Origin: an uncultured Gammaproteobacteria bacterium
GTDB lineage: Bacteria; Patescibacteriota; Microgenomatia; Levybacterales; UBA12049
Length of the DNA stretch: 64,000 nt
Assembly (NCBI GenBank): GCA_964507055.1
Contig: CAZDOJ010000001.1
Location: 785,313-849,312 of the forward strand
Direction of reading: 5' to 3'
The translations under genes and the position numbers were made by a program. The notes below the pieces were generated by a model that worked only from the letters and a program-made list of their open reading frames with translations, did not search any database and was not told the origin of the DNA. This document shows, one piece after another, positions 28,108 through 36,864 of the stretch. How positions within the stretch are numbered: the first letter of the stretch is position 1; each line of letters starts with the position of its first letter.

Positions 28108-29511
28108 CTTTTTGAGTAGAGGAAAGGTTATTGTAAAAGTACTTCCGACATTTAATTTTGAATCTACTAAGACTTGTCCCTTAAAATCCTTTGTTACAAT
28201 ATCATAACTAATGGAAAGACCAACTCCAGTCCCCTTCCGATAGCCTTTTGTCGAAAAGAATGGTTCAAATATTTTCTCTAGATCTTTTGCTGATATGCCT
28301 TTTCCAAAATCTTGAATAATTATTTTTACTTCTTCTACTTCTTTTGAAAGAAAGATGTCGACGGTCCTTCTTTTTCTGCGTAATCCATCATAGGCATCAA
28401 TTGCGTTTGAGAGGAAGTTACACATAAATTGGTGAAACTTTAAGGGATTGCCATAGATACGGATAGTCTTAGTGAAATGAAAGCCTACAAGTACCTTATT
28501 CTTTTTTGATTTATAATTAAGTATCTCAATTGCTTCATAGATTTCATTATTAACTGAGAAATATTCAAGTAAGTCCTGATTATTTACTTGCTTTCTTGTC
28601 GATAAAATAAAACTTTCAAGTCGATTTATACCTACAGTTGCTCGAGCAACGATAGCATGCATATCATCAATATTGTTCTTACTACTTTCCAATTGTTTTA
28701 AATTCGCAGATACTAAGTTGACGGAATTAGAAAGGTCATGAAGGAATTCCGAAGCAGACTTACCAAATTCTGCAAACTTATACAATTGAGCAACTCGTAC
28801 TGCTTGCTCTTGCCGCAACGCTTTTGTTTTTTCTTCTACTTTTTGGGCTAAAGAATCCCTCTCTCTTTGTAATGCTTTTTCAGAAAGTCTAGCTCTCTTT
28901 AAAGCAAGTTCACCTTCTCTATTAAATAACCATGATACTATCGCTATTACCAAAAATGTTACTGTAGCGACAATAGTATCGCCCATTGTAAGTTCTGTAC
29001 GCTGCCAAAGTAGTTGCGGTGCTTCGAGGTATACTAATTGTACTATTGTTATCACAGATAAAGATATCCCGATGACTACTGCTACAATAAGAGAGAGCCT
29101 ACTATTGATTAGTATCCCTGAAAAAACAATTATAAGAGCATATGTTAAAAGACCTTGCGGAAAATCAGCACCCCAACGGTAGGCACCCCATGTAGTAAGA
29201 AGATATAAAGAAGTAATAATAATGTAGGAAGCAATATTTGATTTCCCAATTCTTGATAAATAGTAATTAAATAGCAGGAAACAGAGTATGAGTATTAATT
29301 CTCTCGACGCACCTTTAACAGCTAAGTGAAACAATTCGCTGATAAGTGCATCAGCGAGAGCTATACATGTTAAAAGAATAAAGCTCAATAATAGAATATT
29401 GAGAATACGTTCACGCCTAGACTTGTCCTTATTCTTTGAACGAGAATCCACTAAAAGCCTTGCGATTGATACTGTATTTTGAAATACATTTAGTAAACTT
29501 CGTTTTAGCAT
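28102..29511 (-). CDS. Membrane sensor histidine kinase, peptide-sensor (HPK10/AgrC-ComD-like) type
   Basis: About 6 N-terminal TM helices. The phosphorylated-His box 'EFLHDLSNSVNLV' resembles AgrC 'EFRHDYKNHLLVL' rather than HisKA 'HELRTPL'. N-box 'FLSNAIDA', G1 'QDFGKGI', G2 'GTGVGL'. Confidence 0.8.
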   Translation of the reverse strand: MLKRSLLNVFQNTVSIARLLVDSRSKNKDKSRRERILNILLLSFILLTCIALADALISELFHLAVKGASRELILILCFLLFNYYLSRIGKSNIASYIIITSLYLLTTWGAYRWGADFPQGLLTYALIIVFSGILINSRLSLIVAVVIGISLSVITIVQLVYLEAPQLLWQRTELTMGDTIVATVTFLVIAIVSWLFNREGELALKRARLSEKALQRERDSLAQKVEEKTKALRQEQAVRVAQLYKFAEFGKSASEFLHDLSNSVNLVSANLKQLESSKNNIDDMHAIVARATVGINRLESFILSTRKQVNNQDLLEYFSVNNEIYEAIEILNYKSKKNKVLVGFHFTKTIRIYGNPLKFHQFMCNFLSNAIDAYDGLRRKRRTVDIFLSKEVEEVKIIIQDFGKGISAKDLEKIFEPFFSTKGYRKGTGVGLSISYDIVTKDFKGQVLVDSKLNVGSTFTITFPLLKKI

Positions 29512-29568
29512 CAGAACAATTATAAACTTTTTCTCTGTTTACCTGCTATTACCTATTTTGTTAGTAAA

Positions 29569-29676
29569 CTAACTCCATGGGTGAAAAGCTGATTCAGCAA
29601 TAATCTTTTTTTCAGATTTTGCTTTATTATTACGAATAGACTTATTCGTTAATAATTCTTTCATTAAGGATTTCAT
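29569..29676 (-). CDS. Small ORF (35 aa, MKSLMKELLTNKSIRNNKAKSEKKIIAESAFHPWS) between the regulator and kinase genes; candidate pheromone or RiPP precursor
   Basis: AAGGAGGTGA lies 4 nt before the ATG and directly after the regulator's stop codon. The peptide is basic with a single Trp two residues from the C-terminus. Not in the supplied track because it is under 60 aa. Confidence 0.45.
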   Translation of the reverse strand: MKSLMKELLTNKSIRNNKAKSEKKIIAESAFHPWS

Positions 29677-29690
29677 GACATCACCTCCTT

Positions 29691-30359
29691 TCATTCTTCT
29701 ATCTTATACCCATATCCATGTACGGTTTTGATAAGTTTTTTATTATAATTTCTATCAACTTGGTCTCTGAGATATTTAATATGGACATCCACTACATTAT
29801 TATCCGATTCGTAGCTACTTTCCCAAATATGGTCAAATATCATAGAACGGGTTAAAACTCTTCCAGCATTTCTCATCATATATTCTAAAAGGTCAAAATC
29901 TTTTCTTTTAAGTTGGAGCACTTGGTTATTTCTTTTTGCTACCCTTTGTGTGAGATCTATTGTTAGACTATCTACTGCAATGACATTTGAATGAAGTTTT
30001 GGAGAAGAACGTCGTAAAACAGCCTCAATTCTTGCATGAATCTCTTTTTCATCAACTGGTTTTACAATATAGTCATCTGCCCCACTATTGAGTGCTTGAA
30101 CTTTATTAGCAACTTCGCCAGTACCTGTGAGCATAATTATTGGAGTTGTTATACCTTCAGCTCGGAGATCCTTGCAAACTTGTATCCCATCAATATCAGG
30201 TAATTGATAATCAATGATGATCAAACTGTAATCATAGATATATGCCTTATACTCTCCTTCTTGACCGGTGTTTGCAATTTCAAAGATATAATACTTCTGA
30301 AGACCAGAGGCTAAAGTCTCAGCACTTACTTTATCATCCTCTATTAAAAGTATTTTCAT
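29691..30359 (-). CDS. OmpR/PhoB-family response regulator (receiver plus winged-helix output)
   Basis: 'LLIEDD', the 'IIDYQLPDIDG' phospho-Asp region, and the C-terminal 'VVDVHIKYLRDQV...TVHGYGYKI' winged helix. Confidence 0.9.
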   Translation of the reverse strand: MKILLIEDDKVSAETLASGLQKYYIFEIANTGQEGEYKAYIYDYSLIIIDYQLPDIDGIQVCKDLRAEGITTPIIMLTGTGEVANKVQALNSGADDYIVKPVDEKEIHARIEAVLRRSSPKLHSNVIAVDSLTIDLTQRVAKRNNQVLQLKRKDFDLLEYMMRNAGRVLTRSMIFDHIWESSYESDNNVVDVHIKYLRDQVDRNYNKKLIKTVHGYGYKIEE

Positions 30360-30380
30360 ATCTCATTCTATATTACCAAG

Positions 30381-30402
30381 AAAGATTAAAAAAATATTAA
30401 AT
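30381..30402 (-). promoter_or_regulatory. 22-bp element AAAGATTAAAAAAATATTAAAT (copy 2), about 22 nt upstream of the response-regulator start
   Basis: Exact repeat of 28086-28107. Confidence 0.45.
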
Positions 30403-30422
30403 GATTAATGTGTTAATCATTT
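30399..30422. promoter_or_regulatory. Perfect 10-4-10 palindrome AAATGATTAA-TGTG-TTAATCATTT in the divergent promoter region
   Basis: Read directly from the sequence. It overlaps the 3' end of 22-mer copy 2. Confidence 0.4.
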
Positions 30423-30459
30423 TTTAACAAAAGCTACCTTTAATTATTGATAGAGATCT

Positions 30460-30873
30460 ATGTCTAAAGGTAGAGCAATTATTATTTTCTTCACGATAGT
30501 AACGATAGTTGCAGTTACGTTTTTCGGATTTAATAAATACAGGCAGCCTCAACAATCAAAGACATTTCATGCAGTTTTTCTCTCAAATGATCAAGTTTAT
30601 TTTGGTAAGGTTGCGGAGGATACCGAGACTAATTTAACGCTTACTGATGTCTACTATCTTAAAGCAAGTACAGACACGACAGCAATAAAAAATCTTACGA
30701 AAGAAAATTCAGCAACAGCTAAATTGGCGTTGGTAAAGCTGGGGGAAGAACTCCATGCTCCAAAAGACAAGATCGCTATTAATAAAGAACATATCTTATT
30801 TACTGAAGAAATGGAATCAAATGGAACAATTATGGATGCAATTAGAAGGTATGAACAAAAAATTTCTCAATAA
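30460..30873 (+). CDS. Hypothetical membrane-anchored protein
   Basis: N-terminal TM. No recognisable motif. Confidence 0.4.
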   Translation: MSKGRAIIIFFTIVTIVAVTFFGFNKYRQPQQSKTFHAVFLSNDQVYFGKVAEDTETNLTLTDVYYLKASTDTTAIKNLTKENSATAKLALVKLGEELHAPKDKIAINKEHILFTEEMESNGTIMDAIRRYEQKISQ

Positions 30874-33244
30874 CATAGCGATTGGATGCACTTTATTTTT
30901 GGGTTCACTAATACAGCCTATGACTATTTTTGCTTCTCCAAAAATTGATGTCGCTCCCCTCAAACTACTAGATCAAGAAACAACAAAGTACATAGGGGGA
31001 GAGGAAAAACCAGTGGCTGTTTGGGAGATGCCAATTGACCAAGATCTTTTAAGAGAATTAGGTCTTATGCAAAATGGTGAAAGCTCTGCACCAATAAATA
31101 CCAACCATATACAATATCTCACAACAGTATTACAGAACGAATCCCTTATTTTACAAGGACGATCACCACTGTACTTTAGAAACTCTTCAAACATCAATCA
31201 GATTTCTATAGAAATTAACACTCCTACACAGAATCGATATATTACATTGCCAGATAGATCTGGAGAAATTACAGTACTTGGACAGACAATCTCAGGAGAA
31301 GAAATTGATGATCGCGGAATTGATTTGGTAACAAAAACTACAGGAGATTATGTGCAATCCGTAGTCTCGGGCAGTGGCATAGCAATATCTGGAGGTACGG
31401 GAAAAGGGATAACAGCAGATCTTTCTCTTGGCGATCTTACCAAAGATTGGATACAATCTGCACCATTTGATATTGTAATTAACAATCCCGATAGCGGTCT
31501 CAAATTAATCGATGCAAGTGGAAATCACTTTGCAAGAATTGCTGTAGATACACTTGCCAATGATGTAACACTGAAATTAAGCGGAGCAGGAGGAACACTC
31601 CTTACTGATGATAACTTCTCATCACTTGTTGACTTACCTGATGGATTAGATAACCTCTCTGGACTTACAGATCTTGTTGCTGCACGTTCAAACTTAGGAC
31701 TCGGAGATATTGCTACTCAAAATACAAACGACTTCCTTACTGTTTCAAATAATCTCTCGGAGTTAACGGATATAACACAAGCACGTAGCAATTTAGCACT
31801 TGGGGACATCGTGACACAAAACAGCAGTTCTTTTTTTAGTACAGCAAATAATTTATCAGAATTAACTGACACATCAATCGCTCAAACAAATTTAGGTTTA
31901 GGGACTATGGCAACAGAATCAGTAGAAAATTTTTTAAATGCGAACAATAATCTTTCGGAGATTACAGACTCTGCACTTGCCCGAAGTAACTTAGCCCTTG
32001 GAAGTATCGCTATATATGATAATGATGATTTCTTTAATGTATCAAATAATCTTGCTGAAATTACTGATATGAGTATGGCTCGGGGTAATTTAGGACTCGA
32101 AGAAATGGCGACACAACATATTAGCAGTTTCCTTCAAACAGCAAACAGCTTGTCAGAAGTTGATCCATCAACTGCAAGAACAAACCTTGGATTAGGCGAT
32201 ATTGCAACACAATCAATAGGATCATTTTTACAAGTCAGTAATAATTTAGCTGAGATCGACCCAATGGCTGCAAGAATAAACTTAGGACTTGGATCAAGTG
32301 CTATACAAAATGCTAATGCCTTTTTACAAACTACAAATAACTTATCTGAAATTGCAGATCCTTCGATTGCAAGAATGTCACTCGGTTTAGGAACAATTGC
32401 GACACAACCACTTTCAAATTTTGTGCAGACAACAAACAACCTTTCAGACATAAGCAATACAACAATTGGAAGGACTAATTTAGGACTTGGTTCGATTGCC
32501 ACGCAAAGTGCTTCAAGTATCGCACTTACGGGAGGAACACTTAACGGTGTAGCAATCGGAGCAACTACACCAGCAAATGCGGCATTTAGCACTCTCACCT
32601 CGTCAGGCAATACGGTACTCGGATCATCTGGGAGTACAACAATTGGTAATGGATCCAGTACCGTCCAAATTTCATCGAACGGACTTAATATTTCATCAAG
32701 TGGAGCAATTTCAGGAGTAACAGGATACACACAATCATCGGGCAATTTTGCATTGTCGGGTAATGGAAGTCTTACTACGGGTACAGGCAATGTATCAATA
32801 AATGGAGATACGACAGTAGCATCGGGAAAAACAGTAAATCTCACATCGAATGACAGTCTAAGAGTTGGTGGAAGCATCGTCCCACAAACAGTGACAATTG
32901 TTGTACCAATGCTTGCAACCCTCTCAGTAGGATTGAACGATCAGGTAGTTTTTGTTTCTGATAATGTCTATGCATTAGCAGGTGCACGATGTGTCTATTC
33001 TGCTGCTGCGTCGATTGGAGCAAATCTTCAAGTGACTGTTGATGCAGGGACCGCTGCACCAGGGACAGGAACAGACCAACTCACAGCAAGTATTAATCTC
33101 GGAAGCACATTAAATACTGTTTATACAGGAACTGTGATTGGATCACCTACTCCTATCAATATAAACGATAAAGTAAGTATAGACTTTTCAGGAACACTCA
33201 TAGGAATTCTTGGAAGTTGCACAATCACACTCAAAAGAACATAA
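30851..33244 (+). CDS. Large secreted repeat protein with nine tandem ~33-aa 'NNLSE(I/L)TD-x3-AR(S/T)NLGLG-x2-ATQ' repeats (tail-fibre-like) and a Gly/Ser/Thr-rich C-terminal domain
   Basis: Start moved to the internal Met that begins a signal peptide (MNKKFLNNIAIGCTLFLGSLIQPMTIFASP). The repeats span about 31620-32530. The 'AR.NLGLG' periodicity is reminiscent of phage tail-fibre repeats. Confidence 0.55.
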   Translation: MNKKFLNNIAIGCTLFLGSLIQPMTIFASPKIDVAPLKLLDQETTKYIGGEEKPVAVWEMPIDQDLLRELGLMQNGESSAPINTNHIQYLTTVLQNESLILQGRSPLYFRNSSNINQISIEINTPTQNRYITLPDRSGEITVLGQTISGEEIDDRGIDLVTKTTGDYVQSVVSGSGIAISGGTGKGITADLSLGDLTKDWIQSAPFDIVINNPDSGLKLIDASGNHFARIAVDTLANDVTLKLSGAGGTLLTDDNFSSLVDLPDGLDNLSGLTDLVAARSNLGLGDIATQNTNDFLTVSNNLSELTDITQARSNLALGDIVTQNSSSFFSTANNLSELTDTSIAQTNLGLGTMATESVENFLNANNNLSEITDSALARSNLALGSIAIYDNDDFFNVSNNLAEITDMSMARGNLGLEEMATQHISSFLQTANSLSEVDPSTARTNLGLGDIATQSIGSFLQVSNNLAEIDPMAARINLGLGSSAIQNANAFLQTTNNLSEIADPSIARMSLGLGTIATQPLSNFVQTTNNLSDISNTTIGRTNLGLGSIATQSASSIALTGGTLNGVAIGATTPANAAFSTLTSSGNTVLGSSGSTTIGNGSSTVQISSNGLNISSSGAISGVTGYTQSSGNFALSGNGSLTTGTGNVSINGDTTVASGKTVNLTSNDSLRVGGSIVPQTVTIVVPMLATLSVGLNDQVVFVSDNVYALAGARCVYSAAASIGANLQVTVDAGTAAPGTGTDQLTASINLGSTLNTVYTGTVIGSPTPININDKVSIDFSGTLIGILGSCTITLKRT

Positions 33245-33246
33245 TT

Positions 33247-34092
33247 ATGACCAAATCAATAAAAATAATTATTCTTCTTTCAGCATTTTGCCTTATAACA
33301 TTTGGTGTTCTCTTTTGGTTAAATACTTCAAAAGCAGCTACTTTAACTGATATTTTTTATTATGAACCTTGTGTAAATACAAAAAAATATTATATCGCGA
33401 CAATTGATGAGAGGTTTAAGTTTTCCAATAACGAGTTTAAAAACCAAATTAATGATGCAGCAGCTATGTGGTCAGATGCATATGGAGCAAATTTATTTAC
33501 CTACGATCCACATGGAACGCTTTCAATAAATCTTGTCTATAACAGAAGAAATACTCCTAAATGGATTGAGCAGTACGATCCTATTACTGATGAACAACTT
33601 GCACTTACGCAAGCGGAGACGAGAGCACAGGAAGAAAAAAATCATCAAGAGTTGCAACGAATTAGTGAAGAGCGAGAACTGTTAAAAAAAGTTAGTAAAG
33701 TAACATTAATGCCAGAAGAAGATGAATCTCGATATATTGATGAAATAACTATTGCCACTGAAATGATGATGAGTGGAGATATCGCAACAATTGAAGAAGC
33801 AGTTTACGATCCAACGGATGAGAAAATTGATATTTTTACTTATCGATCACCTGCAGAATTAAAACATACTTTAGCTCATGAAATGGGACATGCACTTGGA
33901 TTAGAACATACAGATGATCCTAATTCAATTATGTATTTTGAAGTGAATGATGCAATAAAACTTACAGAAGCAGATAAAAAAGAATTACAACAAGCATGCG
34001 GCTCTCAAAATATGGCAATTCATATGAAACGATCAATGGATATGCTCCCTTATTATTTGGGACTTCCGGAAACACTGCTTATCTCCTACTAA
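33247..34092 (+). CDS. Secreted metzincin (matrixin/M10-like) zinc metalloprotease
   Basis: 'HEMGHALGLEH' (HExxHxxGxxH) followed by the Met-turn 'SIMY'. N-terminal signal anchor. Start re-assigned to the ATG at 33247, directly after the upstream stop. Confidence 0.7.
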   Translation: MTKSIKIIILLSAFCLITFGVLFWLNTSKAATLTDIFYYEPCVNTKKYYIATIDERFKFSNNEFKNQINDAAAMWSDAYGANLFTYDPHGTLSINLVYNRRNTPKWIEQYDPITDEQLALTQAETRAQEEKNHQELQRISEERELLKKVSKVTLMPEEDESRYIDEITIATEMMMSGDIATIEEAVYDPTDEKIDIFTYRSPAELKHTLAHEMGHALGLEHTDDPNSIMYFEVNDAIKLTEADKKELQQACGSQNMAIHMKRSMDMLPYYLGLPETLLISY

Positions 34093-34099
34093 TCCACTA

Positions 34100-36394
34100 T
34101 TAATTCACAATAACATTGAGGAGTTTTTGTGGTAAAGATTGGTCTGATGGTTGTGTAAGTGTTTGTTGTTGGGGCACAACTTGATCCGTGACAGTATTAA
34201 CAATTTGAGGTACCTGTTGGATAGTCTCTTGGACAGATGGCTGTGAAGGAATTATCACAGGATTTGTTGGTATAGAGGGATTGCTTTGAACTTGTGAGAC
34301 CTGATTAATAATCTGTGGCAAAGCATTCTGTATACCTGGTTGTACAATTTGTTTTTCTACTTTTGCTGTGACAGGAGCAGCTAAAGCACTGACAGGAGAA
34401 GAAACAGTTTGCAATTGATCTTGATATCGAGACAATATTTCCTTGTTTGTTATTTCACCAATGAGGTAGTCACCCATATCTTTTTGATAAACATTTAATG
34501 CTTTAGAAACTATCTGATTTGCCTGAGGTGTCAAATCATTATCAATATCAGCGATGATTGCTCCACTATAAGGAATTATTGGAAGCTCGGTTCTTCCTGC
34601 ACCTAAATCAGATACTAACTTCGTAAGTGCCAAAGATCTGGTCGTGGTAAGTGCATCAAGAACTTCACTGTTTTTTATTTTTTCAGAACCGAGATTTTCA
34701 ACTGCATTGAGTAGTGCAACATCGTAGATATCTGGCTTTCTCATTAATCGTTGCATGAACTCGCTGTCACTAATGTCATTAACACCATCAAAATTTGTTA
34801 CAAATTTTTCAAGTGCTTCTTTTTTAGCAGACGCTATCTCTTTAACAAGTGCACCGGATTCATTGGTATCGTTAAGATCTGCCAATGTTTTCTTAAGATG
34901 AGCCTCCATCACAATTAACCTTTTGAGATCTTCAAGATCACCAGATGCATAGTGATTGATAAATTGAAGTCTTTCTTTTTCAGGCAGCTGTATTAATGTT
35001 TTCTCAAGTTTATTAACAGCAGTATCAGAGGCAGCACGAGTAATATTGCGTGCGTCTTCATTCTCAGTAATTGGTAAGAGATCAAGTGTTTCTATAGATT
35101 GAATTAATCGAACGGGAGAGTTTCCTGCAAATCCTAGTACAGCATTTAATTGTTCTTCTTCCGGTAAAGAAACAAGTTCTTGTACAAATACACCTGCGAC
35201 TGTTTGTTCGAGAAGTGAAATAGTAGGCCTTGCCCCAATACCAACTCTATTTTCTAAATCATTAAGAATATTAATTGTATGGAGTGCTTCTACAGGTGAA
35301 TTAATTGAACCAGTAACTAAATTTGTCACAACATCTGCATCATTGTCCGAAACATCAAGCAAATGTGTCACAATAACTCCAACCTCTGCAAGATGATCAA
35401 GTCGGACTTTCTCTATTTCAAGCGAAACAAGATTTGTATCTATATTCTCAGCTGCTTGTAGTAATATTTGCTGGACTATCAATTGATTACTCATACCGTT
35501 GAAAAGAACGATTGTTGCATCAGTATCTCGAACAGGAGAATCAGTAATTATTTCGCCAGCTTTTTTAACTAAATCTGAAGATCCTTTAAAAGTATCAACC
35601 GCTAGTTGGTCAGTATCTTCACCAGTATTCTTTTCGAGAAGCATCAAACCTTCAAGTGTTTTCATATTTGACTGCTCCAAATAGTTGTACGTTTTTCCAA
35701 GAGGATCTGGTGTCACCCAATTATCTAACGAACGATTTAATTCAACCATTGGATAAAGAATATTGTCCGGAAGTGTTGGTGAGACATCTCCTGCAAGTAC
35801 TTCATTTGGAAGAGTAAGATCATTTAATAAACCCGGTTGGATTGCTGGATCAAAATTCCCAGTATTTACAAGTTCACCTAAAGCCAAAGATCGATTGGAA
35901 TCATTTGTTGTCGAACTATTTCCATTGCCAGGCGTTGTTGTAATATTTGTTGTATTTCCAGGATTCTGTGGTTGATTAAAAATAACTGGAGATGATTGTC
36001 CAGTTTGTTGTGGAATAAAATACATCATGGGGACATAATATGGCATTGAACCACTTCCTGAATTAGTTATTTGATTTGATGAAGGTAACCCTCTTGTAGA
36101 ACTACTATTACTACTCGTTGTAGGATCTGTACTTCCAGAAGTTAACGGGATAAGAATTTGCTCACCAGTTCCTGAAACACCAGCGAGGGCATAGCGTTGT
36201 GTACCTGTATTTGCATCCTCTCTTTGTAAAAGGGCCTGCGACCTATCGAAGAAATAGAGAACTACGTTACCCAAAAGAAATAGAAGCAATAGTGCAAGTC
36301 CACAAATAATACCTCCAGAGACAATTTTGGATCCAACGGATTGTTTCGCTGAATGAGTAGGTTCAACTACATTTGTATGTTTGTTCTCTTTCAT
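34100..36394 (-). CDS. Large hypothetical surface protein (N-terminal TM, Ser/Thr/Asn-rich and Gln/Pro-rich low-complexity ends, helical central region)
   Basis: 764-aa ORF with composition only. Confidence 0.45.
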   Translation of the reverse strand: MKENKHTNVVEPTHSAKQSVGSKIVSGGIICGLALLLLFLLGNVVLYFFDRSQALLQREDANTGTQRYALAGVSGTGEQILIPLTSGSTDPTTSSNSSSTRGLPSSNQITNSGSGSMPYYVPMMYFIPQQTGQSSPVIFNQPQNPGNTTNITTTPGNGNSSTTNDSNRSLALGELVNTGNFDPAIQPGLLNDLTLPNEVLAGDVSPTLPDNILYPMVELNRSLDNWVTPDPLGKTYNYLEQSNMKTLEGLMLLEKNTGEDTDQLAVDTFKGSSDLVKKAGEIITDSPVRDTDATIVLFNGMSNQLIVQQILLQAAENIDTNLVSLEIEKVRLDHLAEVGVIVTHLLDVSDNDADVVTNLVTGSINSPVEALHTINILNDLENRVGIGARPTISLLEQTVAGVFVQELVSLPEEEQLNAVLGFAGNSPVRLIQSIETLDLLPITENEDARNITRAASDTAVNKLEKTLIQLPEKERLQFINHYASGDLEDLKRLIVMEAHLKKTLADLNDTNESGALVKEIASAKKEALEKFVTNFDGVNDISDSEFMQRLMRKPDIYDVALLNAVENLGSEKIKNSEVLDALTTTRSLALTKLVSDLGAGRTELPIIPYSGAIIADIDNDLTPQANQIVSKALNVYQKDMGDYLIGEITNKEILSRYQDQLQTVSSPVSALAAPVTAKVEKQIVQPGIQNALPQIINQVSQVQSNPSIPTNPVIIPSQPSVQETIQQVPQIVNTVTDQVVPQQQTLTQPSDQSLPQKLLNVIVN

Positions 36395-36477
36395 ATCGCC
36401 TATATGAATATATTGAGATATAAAAATTAAAATTCTATTAATTAGTTTTTTTTAGTTAAAAATGCTATCGTAAATAT

Positions 36478-36864
36478 ATGGTAAATATTGTTGTACAACC
36501 GGATTGCGGGAACGCTCCAAAGAAAGAATTACTAAGAGATTTCACAATCGCATTCCCCAAACAACAAGCATCATTTCTTTTGGACAATATTGCGGATGAA
36601 ATCCAATGGGAGATGGTTGGAGATAAACTAATTAATGGAAAAATCGAAGCGGAGAAATCCATCAATGCAATGATGGATGATTCTATAAAAGAATTAGTAA
36701 TAAAAGAAATTATAACTCATGGAGATACAGGATCAGTAAATGGAACAATGGAATTTAAAGATGGTTCGAAATTTGCTTTTTGTGATATCTATAAATTTAC
36801 AAGTCATGCAAAGGACGCAAAAATTAAAGAAATAACATCATTTATAATTGCATTGAAATCATAA
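36478..36864 (+). CDS. Hypothetical protein (possible NTF2-like / SnoaL-like fold)
   Basis: Size and pattern only. Weak. Confidence 0.35.
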   Translation: MVNIVVQPDCGNAPKKELLRDFTIAFPKQQASFLLDNIADEIQWEMVGDKLINGKIEAEKSINAMMDDSIKELVIKEIITHGDTGSVNGTMEFKDGSKFAFCDIYKFTSHAKDAKIKEITSFIIALKS

